From positions 13,764,001 to 13,828,000 of the forward strand of contig CM060732.1 in the NCBI GenBank assembly GCA_030704615.1: 64,000 nt of DNA. Direction: 5' to 3'. The notes beneath the pieces are model-generated. The model did not search any database, was not told where the DNA came from, and saw only the letters and a list, made by a program, of their open reading frames with translations. The position numbers were made by a program, and so were the translations under genes. Source of the DNA: Takakia lepidozioides. Its lineage: Eukaryota > Plantae > Bryophyta. Of the stretch, positions 60,842-64,000 are shown one piece after another (positions within the stretch are counted from its first letter, which is position 1; the number at the start of each line of letters is the position of its first letter).

Positions 60842-62800
60842 TGGTGCCCAAATCACATCTATCGACGCCAGACAGGACTCATTGCCCCGAAAGCAGACAA
60901 CATCATTGTCTTCCTAGATGTTTACAGGGACGACCCTCGACTTGTCCACCTGAGAGCAATGGAGTTTCTTCCAGGATTCCACGATTCTCCTAGACCTCGT
61001 CTGGGGAGCAGGTGGTTCATGCGCATCATGGACCTGGACCTTCCGCTTGACTGGGAGCCGAACAGGTCATGCACATCGTTGCTGTATCTATGGAACTGTT
61101 GCGAGTGGACGTATGATGAGTGCATAAGTGAAAATTTTAAGCGTGGATGGACTGGCTCGCAAACTGAGGACATTTTCTTCAGTTATGAGGATGAGCAGGA
61201 GGGGAACACAGGGCCCATTGCGAAAATGTCGTTCTACAAAGGGGGCGTTATCGATAAACACGACATCCTCGTTAGTTTCAATTGGGCGACAGAATCCGCT
61301 GACATTTTGTTCAAATATCGGCACCCGGGCACTCAGGAGGTCCTTGAGAGGCCAGTTCAAGTTCCTTCTAGTTGGGCGACCCTTCTTGCATGTTTAGAGT
61401 AGACATGTTTGCACTCCCAGACACTCATGGCAGATACATGTTCCTCCTAAAGTATAATAGCTTCCTTGTGCCATATGGGGAATATACATGCTTGGATAAT
61501 CTTCTGTAAAGGTTTTTTGCAATTGACTGCCAGTATTGCTGGGATGTGTCCTTTGTCGTATTGTTGTGTGCACAAGGTGCAGTATGCGAATGCTAGAATG
61601 TGCAGTAGGAACCTTCCCACTGGAACACAACACTTGCAATCTTGTAAAGACATCACATTTGCAGTACAGTGTCATTGTATTGGTAGCAAATCGGAGTCTT
61701 CGGATAAAGGTGGACGAAAACGCCACAATGGGCTGCAAAATCTCCACAAAATGAATGAAGAGCAGTAACAAGGAAGCACTATGCAGTATACAGTCCAAAT
61801 ACGGCACCGAAATAGGCCAGAATGCCCCTGTATCTGCACACAATGAAGGCTTTCCTCGGATCCATTAATAGACAGAACCAAAATAAAAAAGCATGCCCAC
61901 GCCATTTAGGGTCAAAGGCCACATTCTCATGTATTGCGGCACCGAAATGCACCTAAAACCATGGAAACGTGGCACCACCAAGTGTACATTTCCTGCCAAA
62001 AAAATATGGTGCAAGAAGATGAATGTAATAGAATTGGGTTTGTGTTCTCATTTGAGGGGGATACGGCCTTGTACGATTACAATTTGGCGGGCCTTCAGCG
62101 TTTGCCTCCGACTGAGGATCCCAAAAACGCAGAAGATGACGTGGAAGGGGAGGAGGAAGATGAAGAGGAGGAAGTCCAGGAAATTCGTTCGATGCAGGGG
62201 CGCCCGAAGCCGCTTCCCCCAATGCCTGTCTTCGAGTGAGTTGCACCATAGTAAGTGTATTGGTTTCGGTTGTAGGGACCATGCAACCTGCCGATGATTC
62301 CCTGTTTGAATTCTCTAATGTACTTCATTCTATGTTTGTGCGTACACTCAGCCTTGCAGAGTCGTCCGACGAGGAGAAGCTGGGAGACTTGCCCGAATCG
62401 GACCCTGTTGCAGAGGAAGAGACAGAATCGCATTGGCCATTCTTTGCCAGAAAATCGTTTCTCGCGAGTCCCCAGAAGCCTTTTTTTCTACCAGCCTATG
62501 CAGACACGGCTGCCAGAGAAGCCATCAGCAGGGAGGAGGCCTACTCGGTTAGAGCAATTGACATACGGGAATGAGCAGAGAATTATAATGAGGCGTGAGG
62601 CCAAACATAGAATTGTGAAAGGCAGAGTAGGGAAGTTTGTAATAGAATCCGCGTCCGAGAGCGAGGGGAATGTTGAGGACACTTCCGCACCCAGGTGGAC
62701 AGTTCCGGCTGGTGAGGATGGTATTTTTGAGGGAGGGCTTCTCAGAGTAACAGCGGTAGCGGCAGTGCAGGTTCGGAGGCAGGTGGAAGGCAGCCATCCT
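60842..62800 (+). pseudogene. Diverged homologue of the MTase-like and C-terminal part of the E2 gene (no ParB domain)
   Basis: FVFSFEGDTALYDYNLAGLQRLP vs HVFAFEPDTALHNSELAAAERLP; PVFE|GT vs PVYE|GT intron position; FFARKSFLASP..LPAYA vs FFARGDFMPSP..LPTYA; RWTVPAGEDGIFE vs RWTVPQGEDGIFE. Confidence 0.75.
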
Positions 62801-64000
62801 TGCATGAGGCCGGGGATGCATCGGACAGTGATAGCGGATCCTCACCATAGCAAAGTCTCATTTGGATCCTTTTGTTGTACAGTTCTGAAACACTTAATGA
62901 AAAATATTGACGATTTGAAAAATCATTGTGTTCAGACTGCTTGTCCGATTCCCTACATTTCTTCCACCAACCAAAATGTATAATAAAAGCAGAAGAGACG
63001 CAAACTTCATTGAAGAACCCTACAAGTAATTTATGCACACCATCGAGCCGAGAACTTGAAGCCATGAAAACCCTGCCGTTTCTAACATTCCTATTGGGAA
63101 ATTTGGCGCCGAAATAGCCCAATGCGCGCCTTCGTTATATGGGCCTCAAAAATTCCACGGATGAATTACTGTACCAAAATATCGCGATGGAAGCCTTCAG
63201 CACAAGGCACTTCAGCACATTCCACTTGGGTATTTCGGCGCCCAAATAGCCCGTTCTGCGCCATTAAATACCGCACTATATCACATTTTAAGAGGTAATT
63301 TCGGTGCCGAAATACCCCGGTGGATGTCTTCAAAACACCATTTTAGCACACTGCTCTTAGGAATAATGGCGCCGAAATACCTCATTCCGCATCCTGGACC
63401 AGGAGAAACAGACCCTATTACCGAGGTAATAGGACATAACACCGTCAATAAAGGCAGGAAAATTCCAATTCCGCGGATGTCCGCTCATGAGCTCATAGGC
63501 TCATGGGCTCATGGGCTCATGCGCTCATGAAATAGTAAACCTCCAAAATTGGTGTAGACACTGAGCTCCTTGTCTGTCCAGGTGAGTGGGGTACCAATTA
63601 CTGGTGCAGCGTGCAAGTATTTCCATGCCACATGTCCCTTATAGAAAATATCATCAATGCCGAATTTCTGTGTTGACAAATTGTTCCAGGCCGCTTGAAA
63701 CCATGAACGAATTTGAGAATCCTTTTGCATCATAACTTTTGGGTCATATAGGTACATATGAGGTGGCACCGAAGGTAATACCCAATGATCTCCACTGGAA
63801 TAACTCAGAAAGCGTGTTTGCATCTTTTGTTGCTCAATGTGGTAACGTACCAGAAAACAAGCAGCGTAGTATAACCCGCATCCCATGACAATACTTGCTA
63901 CCTCCTTGGTCTTGGTATAAATGAGTCCATGTACAACCTGGAAAGCAAAATTCCCTCAACATGGTACCTGCCTCGTGCCAGTATTGTGCAAAGTGATGAT

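Larger units (their letters stand above)
59881..63544 (+). mobile_element. Non-autonomous MULE-family element E3 with imperfect TIRs
   Basis: Left GGGGGTTGCAATTCCATGAGC(TCATGAGC)n and right (GCTCATGG)n..GCTCATGAAATAGTAAACCTC; GGCGCCGAAA arrays at both ends; no TSD seen. Confidence 0.8.

Noticed and set aside
59870-63555. Target-site duplication for E3
   Set aside because: Flanks CAGGAAAGT and AAAATTGGT do not match; no TSD claimed
63545-63886. Minus-strand 125-aa ORF
   Set aside because: Looks coding-like but I recognise no motif; it is cut by E3 and near the window edge

Overview
Eukaryotic nuclear DNA from a land plant, probably seed-free. This inference rests on spliceosomal introns, PLS-PPR/GAD/RPS3a fragments, chromoviruses and a Phygy-like gypsy. 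The window is almost entirely nested transposons with no intact host gene. (i) Three members of one Mutator-like (MULE) family share GCTCAT-rich termini and GGCGCCGAA-core repeat arrays: E1 (<1-3404, DDE+SWIM transposase), E2 (~6545-26182) and E3 (59881-63544). (ii) E2 carries a 10-exon, ~1,495-codon gene encoding a ParB/Srx-like domain (DGNHR) fused to a beta-class N4C/N6A DNA-methyltransferase-like domain. It sits directly downstream of ~26 long palindromes with compensatory changes. Diverged homologues of this gene occur in E3 and next to a Plavaka-type transposase. (iii) A minus-strand non-chromovirus gypsy (11871-22290) has a duplicated RNase H and a copied flank. (iv) An intron-containing Plavaka transposase is interrupted by a chromovirus (30089-37154). 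(v) A 19.2-kb CACTA element (38200-57401, TSD ACA) has divergent transposase and NIF-phosphatase-fused ORF2 genes, captured RPS3a fragments and a second chromovirus (38718-45617). The best candidate for a new system is the transposon-borne ParB-methyltransferase plus its parS-like palindrome array. All domain calls are by eye, with no database searches.
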